DNA from: Cyclobacteriaceae bacterium
Lineage (GTDB): Bacteria; Bacteroidota; Bacteroidia; Cytophagales; Cyclobacteriaceae
NCBI GenBank assembly: GCA_049840975.1
Contig: JASGIR010000069.1
Span: 4,837 to 68,836 of the forward strand
DNA: 64,000 nt
Direction of reading: 5' to 3'
Part shown: one piece after another, positions 1 through 9,802 of the stretch
Position numbering within the stretch: the stretch's first letter is position 1
Layout: every line of letters starts with the position of its first letter
Program-made: the position numbers and the translations under genes
The notes under the pieces: model-generated
What the model saw: only the letters and a program-made list of their open reading frames with translations
What the model was told of the DNA's origin: nothing
Databases searched by the model: none

Positions 1-331
1 CGTCATCTTCCGCGTGTTCAACGGCTTTTCGAATTGCTTTATCTCCGCCAGCTATCAAACCGATAACTCTTCCGAATGGCATACCATAAGTTGGTGGAAT
101 CTCTGATGCATCGACAACTCCTAATCTGCCACTTGTGCCAGCGCCAATATAAAAAAGCCTTCCACCATTCTTCACTCTATCAACGATTGCATTCACCACT
201 TTTTCAATCTGAGGAATTTTTCTTTGGATGACCAAAGGAACAGTGGCGTCTTCTCGATTGATGTTCTTAAGCAACGAGCGAACGCTCATTTTCTCAAGAT
301 TCTCATATCGAGAGGAAGACTCAGTGGTCAT
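1..331 (-). CDS. murQ: N-acetylmuramic acid 6-phosphate etherase (5' part; runs off the window)
   Basis: Not in the ORF track. Manual translation from ATG 331 gives MTTESSSRYENLEKMS...GGRLFYIGAGTSGRLGVVDASEIPPTYG. ATGA overlap with the upstream kinase stop. Confidence 0.93.
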   Translation of the reverse strand, partial: MTTESSSRYENLEKMSVRSLLKNINREDATVPLVIQRKIPQIEKVVNAIVDRVKNGGRLFYIGAGTSGRLGVVDASEIPPTYGMPFGRVIGLIAGGDKAIRKAVEHAEDD

Positions 332-1169
332 AGATCTTTTTGGTGGTAGAGCGTAAGTCCTGCAATTGGACCTTCCAGAATATTTTTTACCGTTATGCCT
401 TTGTCATTTGCTACTTGTCTTACAACATCGCTAAAATAAAAACCGATCGATCCTGTGAAATGGACTTTCAGGTCTTTATAATTTTTGTACTTCATCACAT
501 TATTTTCGAAAAAATCGGAGAAGCTTTTATAGGCCAGTTGATAGCAGTAAGGTTCTTTCAAATGCTGAAAAATAAACTTCGCGAAGCTTGCCAAAAACGC
601 ACTTGGCTTTTCTTGTTGATACACTTTCTCCAAAACCTCTTCGCGAGTCCAAGGGAAGCGGGCATTAAATTGTTTAGCTAGGGTTTGTGGCATCTCATTC
701 CGGAAATAATCGAAGACCAACCTCTTTCCTAAATAAGTACCCGAACCTTCGTCAGCCAGATCCACCCAAGGTTTGCCACATTGTCGATAATTTTTTCGCC
801 ATCGTACAAACATGAATTGGAGCCTGTTCCGAGGATACAAGCAATGCCAGGTTCACGTCCACATAATGCGCGTGCTGCTGCAAGCAAGTCCCAACCAACT
901 TCAATGTGTGCATTGGTAAAATGCTCATCAAAGACAGACTGAATTAGTCTCACATTTTTTTCTGATGAAACCCCAGTGCCGTAATAGAAAACTTTAGAAA
1001 CAGGTTCATTGACCAACGGAAGAAGTGATTCTTTCACGATCTCGCGCAGGTGATCAATGTTCTGATAATACGGGTTGAAACCGCTAGTATTGGCTTGTGC
1101 AATTGCCTTGTCATTTTGAAGTAACCGCCAGTCAATTTTGGAGCCACCGCTATCCGCAATGATGATCAT
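328..1169 (-). CDS. BadF/BadG-type N-acetylhexosamine (GlcNAc/MurNAc) kinase, split by one frameshift near 760
   Basis: ORF 729-1169 (IIIADSGGSKIDW, ACILGTGSNS) and ORF 328-840 (LADEGSG, VHFTGSIGFYF) join as LGWI-LADEGSG if one base is added. Confidence 0.85.
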
Positions 1170-1253
1170 TCTACTATTTCAATTAAGAAAGCAAGTTACA
1201 ATAGTCTTTTGCTTACTGAAAAGAATGGACATAAACTTTATTAATTTCATGGG

Positions 1254-1895
1254 ATGAAAAATGTCTTAATCCTCTTATTGTTCTTAACTACAACAGCTCG
1301 AGCACAAGACAAAGTATTTGTCTTCTTGCACCATCGTGCTGATAAAGCTGAGCTTCCCAAACCAAAACTTGATAGTATCATGAAGGGCCATTTTGCCAAC
1401 ATTGAAAAAATGGCTAACGAAGGGAAGCTAGTCGTGGCTGGACCATTTGAAGGAGGTGGTGGGATTTTCATTTTTAATGCAAACTCAATTAGCCAAGTTA
1501 AAGACTGGCTTAAGAACGATCCGGGAATTCAATCGAACCGATGGAACGTAGAAATGTTGCCATTCAAAGTTCGAACCGGTCGTCCCCAATTGGTTAAGGA
1601 ACCACTTCAAATGGTCAACTATCAATTTGTAAGGTTCAAAGCATACGTTGCTAAATTCAATATCAACGACATACCAGAATTATTAAAAAAGCACGATGAC
1701 TATCTCAGTGAAATAAAAAAATCTGGTAACGTGATTGCTGAAGGAATTTTTGGAGACAACGATGGAGGCATTTTAATCATGAAGGGTGAACTCGATCGAA
1801 AAGTTATCGAACTAGATCCTGCTGTACGCGAAGGCTTGCTAGAGATTGAAATCAAGAAATGGTTTGTTGCCAAAGGGGCCTTTAGCGAACAATAA
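1254..1895 (+). CDS. Exported protein with two YciI-like domains
   Basis: Signal peptide; two repeats: GH..N...GKLVVAGPF..GGGIFIF...DP and KH..YL...GNVIAEGIFG...GGILIM...DP. Confidence 0.75.
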   Translation: MKNVLILLLFLTTTARAQDKVFVFLHHRADKAELPKPKLDSIMKGHFANIEKMANEGKLVVAGPFEGGGGIFIFNANSISQVKDWLKNDPGIQSNRWNVEMLPFKVRTGRPQLVKEPLQMVNYQFVRFKAYVAKFNINDIPELLKKHDDYLSEIKKSGNVIAEGIFGDNDGGILIMKGELDRKVIELDPAVREGLLEIEIKKWFVAKGAFSEQ

Positions 1896-2768
1896 CTACT
1901 CAGCCATAACAAGAGCCAGTTTGTTTCCTGACATATTCGTGGCGATTCGGGAAATTCCTTTTAAAGGAATTGACGAAGAAATTTCCACTTCCTTCCACAC
2001 CACATCTACTTTAGGATCCAGCCAAAAAATCTTTGTACCTCCGCTCACCAAAAGTTTTCCGTCCGATGTCCAACACAAATCTTCATTGCCGGGAAGTGTA
2101 GTTGCAATCGTTGATACCTTATGAGTAACGGTATTATATTTTTTTATCACCCATTCTTTGTCAGAGATTTTATGAACGAAGCTAAAGGCAGATTCATTTG
2201 GAATCTTATGAAGCGAACGACCAATGTTTGTCGCAATCACAGTGTCTGATTTAGTTGGCAATCGGAAATAATGCAGTTCATTCTGCTCTCCATTGGGTCC
2301 AAGTACAAAGAGACCGACATGACTGTTGTCCATCCAGACGTGATAACCCACAACCAAATTGCTGATGAGTATCAATGGAGGCCCACCTTCAATTGGATAT
2401 TTCCCCAAATCTTGAGCACCATTATCTCGCTGAATAATGCATGAAATATATTGCTCATCAAGTGTGAGCGTTGGTGAATATTCACGCTCTGGGGTTTTTG
2501 TTAGCTGCGCTGTTTGATCTGTTCTGTAATTGAAATATTTTATGTCCGAACGACCGTTGTCATCAAATGATGCGTAATAGACTATCGGTTCTTCAAAATG
2601 AAAAAAGGGTTGATTGTCGTATCCTTTGTGATTCGTGATGTTTTTAGGATCGCTGATCGAAATATTATCTCTTCGAAGTCTGAGGTCAAAAAGATAGATT
2701 TCTGAACCCGCCTGCCCGAAAGCGCAAAAAGATGTTAACCATCCGAATAAAGCCAACCATTTATTCAT
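1896..2768 (-). CDS. Exported TolB/PD40-like beta-propeller protein
   Basis: Signal peptide; motifs NITNHKGYDNQPFF, TPEREYSPT and WTSDG. Confidence 0.65.
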   Translation of the reverse strand: MNKWLALFGWLTSFCAFGQAGSEIYLFDLRLRRDNISISDPKNITNHKGYDNQPFFHFEEPIVYYASFDDNGRSDIKYFNYRTDQTAQLTKTPEREYSPTLTLDEQYISCIIQRDNGAQDLGKYPIEGGPPLILISNLVVGYHVWMDNSHVGLFVLGPNGEQNELHYFRLPTKSDTVIATNIGRSLHKIPNESAFSFVHKISDKEWVIKKYNTVTHKVSTIATTLPGNEDLCWTSDGKLLVSGGTKIFWLDPKVDVVWKEVEISSSIPLKGISRIATNMSGNKLALVMAE

Positions 2769-3041
2769 AATTGTGGATTTATCGAAAGTAGCATTTTTGC
2801 TGCCGATTTAAAAATCGGATTCTTTTCGCATAAACTTATGATTCCTTCAATCGTTTCCGAAAATAATTCTTCATCTCAAAAATATTTTCAGTTAAAAGAA
2901 ATAGGCAAACAGTTACAATAGAATAACGGCCTCAGCCTAATTTGGAAAATTATTTTTCAGATGTAAGATTAATCCTTCTTAGGTAACATTAGTCTTTTGG
3001 ATAGTTCATCAATGTTCAGTATTGTTGAAAATATTTGAGTT

Positions 3042-4004
3042 ATGGACGGGTACGACTTAATTATCATCGGAGCGGGACCAATAGGGATGGCTTGTGGCAT
3101 CGAAGCTAAAAAAGCTGGATTGAGCTATTTAATTATCGAAAAAGGTTGTTTGGTCAATTCATTGTATAACTATCCGATGAACATGACATTCTTTTCTACG
3201 TCAGAAAGACTTGAGATTGGCGATGTTCCATTCATTTCAAATAACCCTAAACCAACGAGAGTTGAAGCCCTTGAATATTATAGACGTGCATGTAGCCATT
3301 GGAATTTGAATATTAATCTCTACGAAGAAGTGAAAACAGCCAAACTTTCTACAATGGGAAGTTTCTCTATCACAACAGACAAGGGCAAATATTCTGCACG
3401 TGCTGTTGTGCTCGCGCTAGGTTTTTACAATCTTCCTTACATGCTCAATGTGCCGGGTGAAGATTTGCCTAAGGTGAAACACTATTATGACGAACCTCAT
3501 CCATACTATCGGCAAAAAGTTGCTGTGGTGGGTGCCGCTAACTCAGCAGTTGATGTTGCTCTTGAGACTTGGCGTAAAGGTGCAGAAGTAACAATGATCA
3601 TTCGTGAACCCGAACTAAGTGATCGTGTTAAGTATTGGGTCAAGCCAGACATTGAAAATAGAATTAGTGAAGGTTCAATTAAAGCTTATTTCAATTCAAC
3701 AATTATTAATATCACCGAAACTCATATTGAGATTCAAACGCCAGAAGGTGAAAAAAAACTTGCGAACGATTTTGTTTTGGCGATGACTGGATATCAGCCT
3801 TCTTTTGATTTTATGAAATCGATGGGCATTCAATTTCACAATGATGAATTTTGTACTCCGATATTCAACGCACAAACCATGGAGACAAATGTTTCGAGCT
3901 TGTATTTGGCTGGCGTGGTTTGCGGTGGCCTAAAAACCAATCAATGGTTTATTGAAAACTCAAGAGATCACGCAAAGCTGATCGTGCAAGATTTGGTAAA
4001 CTGA
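3042..4004 (+). CDS. ypdA: YpdA-family putative bacillithiol disulfide reductase (TrxB-like flavoprotein)
   Basis: IIGAGPIG FAD motif, EKGCLVNSLYNYP, TFFSTSERLEIG, FIENSRDH. Confidence 0.9.
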   Translation: MDGYDLIIIGAGPIGMACGIEAKKAGLSYLIIEKGCLVNSLYNYPMNMTFFSTSERLEIGDVPFISNNPKPTRVEALEYYRRACSHWNLNINLYEEVKTAKLSTMGSFSITTDKGKYSARAVVLALGFYNLPYMLNVPGEDLPKVKHYYDEPHPYYRQKVAVVGAANSAVDVALETWRKGAEVTMIIREPELSDRVKYWVKPDIENRISEGSIKAYFNSTIINITETHIEIQTPEGEKKLANDFVLAMTGYQPSFDFMKSMGIQFHNDEFCTPIFNAQTMETNVSSLYLAGVVCGGLKTNQWFIENSRDHAKLIVQDLVN

Positions 4005-4017
4005 TTTAGATTAGAAG

Positions 4018-4422
4018 TTATGAATGAAGCACTCCTTCTTTTTCAATTTCTTTGATAAATACTAAGTTCTCTTCGCAAATAGTATCGGGCACAAAAACGA
4101 AGCGTTTGTCGTAAATCTCCTTGCCGATATAATAACTTACCCAATACTCATTATTAAGATGGAAAACTTTGGGGTCAATTGATTCAACAATGGCCCAGCT
4201 ATTTTCCTTTACAGTCTCCAAAAAATGCCGAAGCGTGGAAGTAGGTTGCTCTTCGCCATCTTTCTCGCCATAACCTCGGCTCGCAACCAAAGTATTTTCA
4301 ATTGGAACATTATTGTTGTTGATCAAGTAAACTTTCCACTCGTCTTGATTGAGAATATTTTTTTCTCGAACAACTGCAAGCGTCACATTCTTAACCTCAG
4401 GGAATTCAATATCTTTTTTCAT
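4018..4422 (-). CDS. Conserved Bacteroidota hypothetical protein
   Basis: Clean ORF coupled to lipB; MKKDI..P.V, SRGYG, TSTLRH and LNNEYWVSY motifs. Confidence 0.7.
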   Translation of the reverse strand: MKKDIEFPEVKNVTLAVVREKNILNQDEWKVYLINNNNVPIENTLVASRGYGEKDGEEQPTSTLRHFLETVKENSWAIVESIDPKVFHLNNEYWVSYYIGKEIYDKRFVFVPDTICEENLVFIKEIEKEGVLHS

Positions 4423-5138
4423 TATATAAGTTGCATTTCAAAAAGTGAAATCAATTTTGATTTCAAAACCTCTTTTATTTGTTGAAAATTCTGTGATGAA
4501 TTTAATTCTTTTTCAATTGATGTTACAGCTTTATCGCTGATGCCACAAGGAACGATGTTATTGAAATAATTGAGGTCCGTATTTACGTTGAGAGCCAAGC
4601 CGTGCATCGTTACCCAACGGCTCGTCTTCACTCCCATAGCACAAATTTTTCTTGATTTTCTTGGGTCATTAACATCGAGCCACACTCCAGTCATTCCATT
4701 TATTCTTCCAGCTTCAATATTGAATTCTTTCAACGTTTGAATTACTGCTTCTTCTAATGTGCGCATGTACACATGGATGTCAGTAAAAAAATTTTCGAGG
4801 TCAATGATTGGATAGACTACAATTTGGCCCGGCCCATGATAAGTGATGTCACCACCGCGATTGATATTGTAAAAACTTGCACCTATTGTCGGCAAATTTG
4901 CAACTTCAACGATCAGGTTTTTTTCATCGCCACTTTTGCCCAGTGTGTAAACATGCGGGTGTTCACAGAAAACCAAATAGTTGGTCGTTATTTGCTGGTC
5001 ATTATTCGCTCGATTTCTGTTCTCTGATTTGACAGCTAGAGTTTTATTGAAAAGATCTGTCTGAAAATCCCATGCTTGTTGATAATCGATCAAACCAAGA
5101 TCAATAAATTGAGTTTGCTTGTTGAGAATAGAATTCAT
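4422..5138 (-). CDS. lipB: Lipoyl(octanoyl) transferase
   Basis: EHPHVYTLGK, RGGDITYHGPGQ, RKICAMGV, HGLALNVN, IVPCG. Confidence 0.96.
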   Translation of the reverse strand: MNSILNKQTQFIDLGLIDYQQAWDFQTDLFNKTLAVKSENRNRANNDQQITTNYLVFCEHPHVYTLGKSGDEKNLIVEVANLPTIGASFYNINRGGDITYHGPGQIVVYPIIDLENFFTDIHVYMRTLEEAVIQTLKEFNIEAGRINGMTGVWLDVNDPRKSRKICAMGVKTSRWVTMHGLALNVNTDLNYFNNIVPCGISDKAVTSIEKELNSSQNFQQIKEVLKSKLISLFEMQLI

Positions 5139-5171
5139 TAGTTAACAAACTCTTTAACTCCGATTTTAGTT

Positions 5172-6173
5172 TCACTTCAATTTTGAAAGCTCGTCTTTCA
5201 AGAAATTGATGTTGTCAATGGAATCAGCGTCAACATTGTTTTCTTTCGCCAGGAAATAAGAAATCCAATCGGTCAGGTGAATCAAATAATAATATTGCTC
5301 AAGCAAAGAAGCCCCCTCAGCAACGATGTCAATAATTGGATTAGATCGCTTTTCGAAAATATCGCGACAAATCTCCATTCGTTTCTCTACGCGCTCATGA
5401 TCGTGATCAGAGTACAAATAAATCACTTGCGACTGCTGCAAAATATTTTCCGGGAAACACCAGCCCACAATTTCATTGTGATTCATTTCAGGGAATGTGT
5501 TCACGTGAACCATTTGCTTCGAGTTTTCATTAAGCTGATTCTGGAAACGAATGGCCATCGCTTTCAAGCGCTCATCGCAATAAATGATGGGCAGTTTGCC
5601 TCGCAATTTCTTGGCAATTAATTCAGCTTCAGATTGAATTGCTTTTTCACCACGATCCAAATATTCAATTGCATTCTCTGTCTCTTTAATAAAAGCTGCG
5701 CCAATCAAATTTGTGTGGTACAAAGCATATAGCAACGAAGTCATCATATATCCGAGCTGTGCGCGTGGGCTTGGCGAACCTCCTGGCACTTGTATATAAA
5801 ATAGATTGTATTCTTTAGCCAACTCTAGCATTTTTCCACCTGACGTCACACAGATAATGTGCGCGCGTTTAAGCAAACCTTTTTGCACGGCAGCTAAAGT
5901 TTCTTCCGTGTTGCCACTGTAAGAGCACGCAATAAAAAGAGTATGAGGACTCACAAACTGCGGAATATTATATCCTTTTGAAACCGTGATCGGGATAGGC
6001 ACGCGACCAAACGTAAGCGACTCAACTAGATTAGCGCCAATACCTGAGCCGCCCATTCCTGTGATCAAAATATTTCGGATGTCACTTCCGGGTCTAACTA
6101 GATCCATACTTTGACCGATCTTGAGCGCGTGAGCCAACTGTTGAGTAAAGCCCTCGATGAGTTTCTTCATCAT
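5172..6173 (-). CDS. Bifunctional phosphoglucose/phosphomannose isomerase (SIS domains)
   Basis: GMGGSGIG, SYSGNTEET, TSGG, QLNENSK, PEMNHNEIVGW. Confidence 0.9.
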   Translation of the reverse strand: MMKKLIEGFTQQLAHALKIGQSMDLVRPGSDIRNILITGMGGSGIGANLVESLTFGRVPIPITVSKGYNIPQFVSPHTLFIACSYSGNTEETLAAVQKGLLKRAHIICVTSGGKMLELAKEYNLFYIQVPGGSPSPRAQLGYMMTSLLYALYHTNLIGAAFIKETENAIEYLDRGEKAIQSEAELIAKKLRGKLPIIYCDERLKAMAIRFQNQLNENSKQMVHVNTFPEMNHNEIVGWCFPENILQQSQVIYLYSDHDHERVEKRMEICRDIFEKRSNPIIDIVAEGASLLEQYYYLIHLTDWISYFLAKENNVDADSIDNINFLKDELSKLK

Positions 6174-6211
6174 TTTATTTTAAATTGAGAACCAAAGGTA
6201 AAATAAAACAC

Positions 6212-6565
6212 GTGAGCGATAAAATTAAAAAAGGAAAGGAAGGAGAAATGTTGGCGGCAGATTTTTTGACGAACAAAGGTTTTGAAATCATTGCTAGAAA
6301 TTACAGACATAAGCGTTCCGAAATCGATTTAATTGTCAAAAAAAACAACTGGCTCATTTTTGTAGAAGTGAAAATTCGAACCTCGGACGCTTACGGCTAC
6401 CCAGAAGATTTCGTTGATTACAAAAAAGCTAAAAATATTGTTGACGGAGCCGAAGAGTACACTTATCAGCAAAACTGGCAAGGCAATGTTCGATATGATA
6501 TCGTTTCAATCAGAGAACAACGAGGCGAAAGAGAGATTGTACATATTGAAGATGCGTTTTATTAA
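6212..6565 (+). CDS. YraN (UPF0102) family protein
   Basis: G..GE..A..FL..KG..I..RNYR...EIDLI...FVEVK.R; GTG start at 6212 is likely. Confidence 0.9.
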   Translation: MSDKIKKGKEGEMLAADFLTNKGFEIIARNYRHKRSEIDLIVKKNNWLIFVEVKIRTSDAYGYPEDFVDYKKAKNIVDGAEEYTYQQNWQGNVRYDIVSIREQRGEREIVHIEDAFY

Positions 6566-6575
6566 AATCTTTCTA

Positions 6576-7100
6576 ATGAATAAATGTTTAATCTCCTTCT
6601 TATTGATTTTTCTTTTGTCATCAGGGTTTCTATGCGACTGTAATTGGCAAGGAAACTTCATTGAAGTTTCAAAGACGGTTGATATAGTAATTTTATTTAA
6701 GGTCACTTCTTACGTTGATTATTATAAAAATTTTCCAGCATTAGACACATTAGCCGAGCCGAAAAAGCCAATGTCAATTCAGGCTAATGTTATTGAGGTT
6801 CTTCGCGGCAATGAAAAAAGAAAATCTGTTAAAATTTTTGGAGGGGACGGGTTCCTGTGCCGTGAATCCGTCCAAGGAATGAATGATAATTATTTTATTG
6901 CCGCTCTCAATAAATCAAAGGGTGTTGATTGGGGGAATGGTGTGGTCGAACACGATGGTGATTATTTTATAGATAACTGTGGGGAGTATTTATTGAGATT
7001 TGACTCTCTTAATAAGTTGGCTTTCGGTAGAATTACTCCCAGTGATCGTAAAAAAAGAAACATAACTATGGACAATCTTAAGTCTCTTCTCAACAAATGA
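6576..7100 (+). CDS. Exported hypothetical protein, TIMP/NTR-like (CxC after signal peptide)
   Basis: ATG at 6576 avoids overlap with yraN; hydrophobic leader followed by CDC, plus two later Cys. Confidence 0.5.
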   Translation: MNKCLISFLLIFLLSSGFLCDCNWQGNFIEVSKTVDIVILFKVTSYVDYYKNFPALDTLAEPKKPMSIQANVIEVLRGNEKRKSVKIFGGDGFLCRESVQGMNDNYFIAALNKSKGVDWGNGVVEHDGDYFIDNCGEYLLRFDSLNKLAFGRITPSDRKKRNITMDNLKSLLNK

Positions 7101-7723
7101 ATCCCAAAATGCTCACAAAAGACAAACGCGTAGATGCTTACATCGCAAAGTCGGCCGAGTTTGCAAGGCCAATACTGGTTCACTTGCGTTCATTGATTCA
7201 CAAAGCTTGCCCGGAAGTAGTTGAAACAATAAAATGGGGTTTCCCCAACTTCGATTATAAAGGTGTGTTTTGTAGCATGGCTGCATTCAAACAACATTGT
7301 GCTTTCGGATTTTGGAAAGCATCACTGATGGATGATCCTAAAGGACTACTAAGTCCAAATGATAAGGGAAGCATGGGAAATTTCGATCGGATTACTTCCG
7401 TAAAAGATCTTCCATCGGATAAAATTCTTTTGGGTTTTATAAAACAAGCTGTTGAACTTAACGATCAGGGCGTAAAGCGTAAAGTGAAAGTCACGCCACG
7501 AGGTTCAAAAACTATTGACACGCCAGCTTATTTTCTGAGAGCCTTGAAAAAAAACAAGATAGCACTCGATATTTTTGAAAACTTCGCCTACTCACATCGC
7601 AAGGAATACATCCAGTGGTTTGAAGAAGCAAAGACAGAAGAGACCCGTCAAAAAAGAATTGCCCAAGCGATCGAGTGGATAGCAGAAGGCAAAGGCAGGA
7701 ATTGGAAGTATATGAAAAAATAA
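7097..7723 (+). CDS. YdeI/OmpD-associated (DUF1801) family protein
   Basis: VDAYI, ETIKWGFP, AAFKQHC, RKEYIQW..EAKTEETR.KRI. Confidence 0.88.
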   Translation: MNPKMLTKDKRVDAYIAKSAEFARPILVHLRSLIHKACPEVVETIKWGFPNFDYKGVFCSMAAFKQHCAFGFWKASLMDDPKGLLSPNDKGSMGNFDRITSVKDLPSDKILLGFIKQAVELNDQGVKRKVKVTPRGSKTIDTPAYFLRALKKNKIALDIFENFAYSHRKEYIQWFEEAKTEETRQKRIAQAIEWIAEGKGRNWKYMKK

Positions 7724-8028
7724 TGGAGTGGGTTAAAATTTTTGAGAGTCATGCATTAAAGGAAAATCATCCGCGTCTTCTGATGATTAGAGAAAAAAGA
7801 ATCTGTCTAGTGAGAACTGAAGGGAAAATTTTAGCTGTTCAAAATAGTTGTACTCATAATGGTGGTTCTCTTCACTTAGGCACAATTAATTATTTAGGGC
7901 AAGTGGTTTGTCCTTTGCATCAATATCAATTTGATTTGAAAACAGGAAGAGAAGTAAGTCAACGAAGTGCCGACTTAGAGTGCTTTCCAATTCGCGAAAA
8001 TGAAGAAGGGGTGTTTATTCTGATTTGA
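7723..8028 (+). CDS. Rieske [2Fe-2S] ferredoxin (NirD-like)
   Basis: CTH and CPLH Rieske motifs, FDLKTG; ATG overlaps the upstream stop. Confidence 0.88.
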   Translation: MEWVKIFESHALKENHPRLLMIREKRICLVRTEGKILAVQNSCTHNGGSLHLGTINYLGQVVCPLHQYQFDLKTGREVSQRSADLECFPIRENEEGVFILI

Positions 8029-8029
8029 A

Positions 8030-8902
8030 TCAAGCCACATCTTTCCCCACAACCCATTTCAGCATCTCAAACCAATCTTGCCGATCAAGATTTACATCAA
8101 CTGATTTAGCGGCTTCAATAATTCGATCCGGTTGTGTTGTTCCTACTATTGGAAAAATATTGGAAGGATGTTTTAACAACCACGCCAATGCAAGTTGGCT
8201 ATAAGATGCATCGTATTTTGTTGCAAGACTAAAAACCTCACGCTCGCCTGCCATTAATTTTCCACCTGCTAGTGGAGACCAAGCCATTGGCGAGACTCCA
8301 AACTCCAGCATCAGATCAAGATCTCCGTTGAACAAGGGATCTATTCGTGAAAGCGAAATTTCAATTTGATTAGTAACCAAAGGAAAGGGCAAATGCTTTT
8401 GTAGCATTTTAAACTGGCTTGGAGTAAAATTCGAAACTCCAAAGTGTAAAACTTTGCCTTGTTGTTTTAGTTCAGTGAAAGCCTCAGCAACTTCATGAGG
8501 ATTGAGCAATGGGTCTGGCCGATGGATGAGCAACAAATCGATTCGATCCGTATGCAACATTTTAAGCGAATTCTCTGTCGACCAAATGATATGCTCTTTA
8601 GAAGTATCGTAGTGCTTTACTCTTGTGTTTGGTCTTTTAGATGAAGGGAATTTTATGCCGCATTTCGTAATCAATTCCATCTTATGGCGCAATGATGGTT
8701 CCTTCTTTAATATCTGACCAAATCGTTCCTCATTGCTGTGATCCCCATAAATATCAGCATGATCAAAGCTGGTAATTCCATGCTCAAGAGAAACAAGGGC
8801 CAATCTTTGAATTGTTTCAGCAGAAACATTATGCCATCGCCATGCACCCGCTACGACTCTTGAAAATACTGGCCCTTGTGTGTGAAGTTTTCTTCGTTCC
8901 AT
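8030..8902 (-). CDS. Aldo/keto reductase (YdhF-like)
   Basis: FDHADIYG, TKCGI, LLLIHRPDPL, GVSNF, MAWSPLAGG. Confidence 0.92.
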   Translation of the reverse strand: MERRKLHTQGPVFSRVVAGAWRWHNVSAETIQRLALVSLEHGITSFDHADIYGDHSNEERFGQILKKEPSLRHKMELITKCGIKFPSSKRPNTRVKHYDTSKEHIIWSTENSLKMLHTDRIDLLLIHRPDPLLNPHEVAEAFTELKQQGKVLHFGVSNFTPSQFKMLQKHLPFPLVTNQIEISLSRIDPLFNGDLDLMLEFGVSPMAWSPLAGGKLMAGEREVFSLATKYDASYSQLALAWLLKHPSNIFPIVGTTQPDRIIEAAKSVDVNLDRQDWFEMLKWVVGKDVA

Positions 8903-9213
8903 TAGCTGTCTTTATGCTGAAAGCATTTTCCGTTTTTACTTGATGTCATTCTCTTACAACGCGTACCATCTTTCGTTTTACCAGTGCACTGCGACATTTT
9001 ATCTTTTAAATGTTCATCGGGTTTACATACACCGCAAGGTCCTTTGCCCGCTTTTTTGGCAGCAGCCAATTCCATTGCATCTGCATCGCCTGAAAGTTTG
9101 CAGTCAGCGGTATGATATTTTTCACCTTTCGCTGAAGCATAGACTGTTTGTGCTTTGGTTTTGATCGCCAATCCAGCCATCAAAACAAAAAAGACTACCA
9201 GAATTTTTTTCAT
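8902..9213 (-). CDS. Small exported Cys/His-rich protein (Ada-like zinc motif plus DUF5763-like motif)
   Basis: Signal peptide; KYH..C...PC..CKP and C.G.TKDG.RCKR...C.QH. Confidence 0.65.
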   Translation of the reverse strand: MKKILVVFFVLMAGLAIKTKAQTVYASAKGEKYHTADCKLSGDADAMELAAAKKAGKGPCGVCKPDEHLKDKMSQCTGKTKDGTRCKRMTSSKNGKCFQHKDS

Positions 9214-9327
9214 AAGTGTATAGGTTTCGTTGATGATTCTAAATTGGAAAATTCTTGGCCAAAGAAAAAATTATTTCGTTCTCGATTGCATTAATTCTTG
9301 GTGAGCAAAAATGAGTAATTTTACTCC

Positions 9328-9798
9328 ATGGTTGAATGGGTAATTGTAATTTCATTGATATTTTTTGGCCTCGCTTTGATTGTGGCCGAAATCATTTTTG
9401 TGCCGGGTACAACTTTGGTCGGTGTTGTGGGTTTTGCTTTTTTGATTCTGGGCACTGGGCTCAGCTTTCGATATTTCGGAAGTGAAGCCGGATGGATTAC
9501 CGTTGGTTGCACTTCGGTAGCATCAGGAATAATTTTATACTATTCATTTTCCGCGAACGTCTGGGGAAAATTCTCCTTAAAAACAAAAAGCGATAGCAAA
9601 GTAAATGAAGGTGAACTAGATCAGCTCATGGTTGGTACAGAAGGACAAACGCTTTCAACTCTTCGCCCTGTTGGAAAAGCCGAACTCAACAATAAGATTT
9701 TCGAAGTGAAAACATTGGGCGAGTATTTGGAAAGCGGAAAGCGCGTTCGCGTGATTAAAATTTTATCGAATCAAATTTTTGTAGAACCTATAAACTAA
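9328..9798 (+). CDS. Short NfeD-family membrane protein
   Basis: [10 protein letters not shown] region and LRPVGKA OB-fold; lies directly upstream of floA. Confidence 0.88.
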   Translation: MVEWVIVISLIFFGLALIVAEIIFVPGTTLVGVVGFAFLILGTGLSFRYFGSEAGWITVGCTSVASGIILYYSFSANVWGKFSLKTKSDSKVNEGELDQLMVGTEGQTLSTLRPVGKAELNNKIFEVKTLGEYLESGKRVRVIKILSNQIFVEPIN

Positions 9799-9802
9799 AA
9801 TT

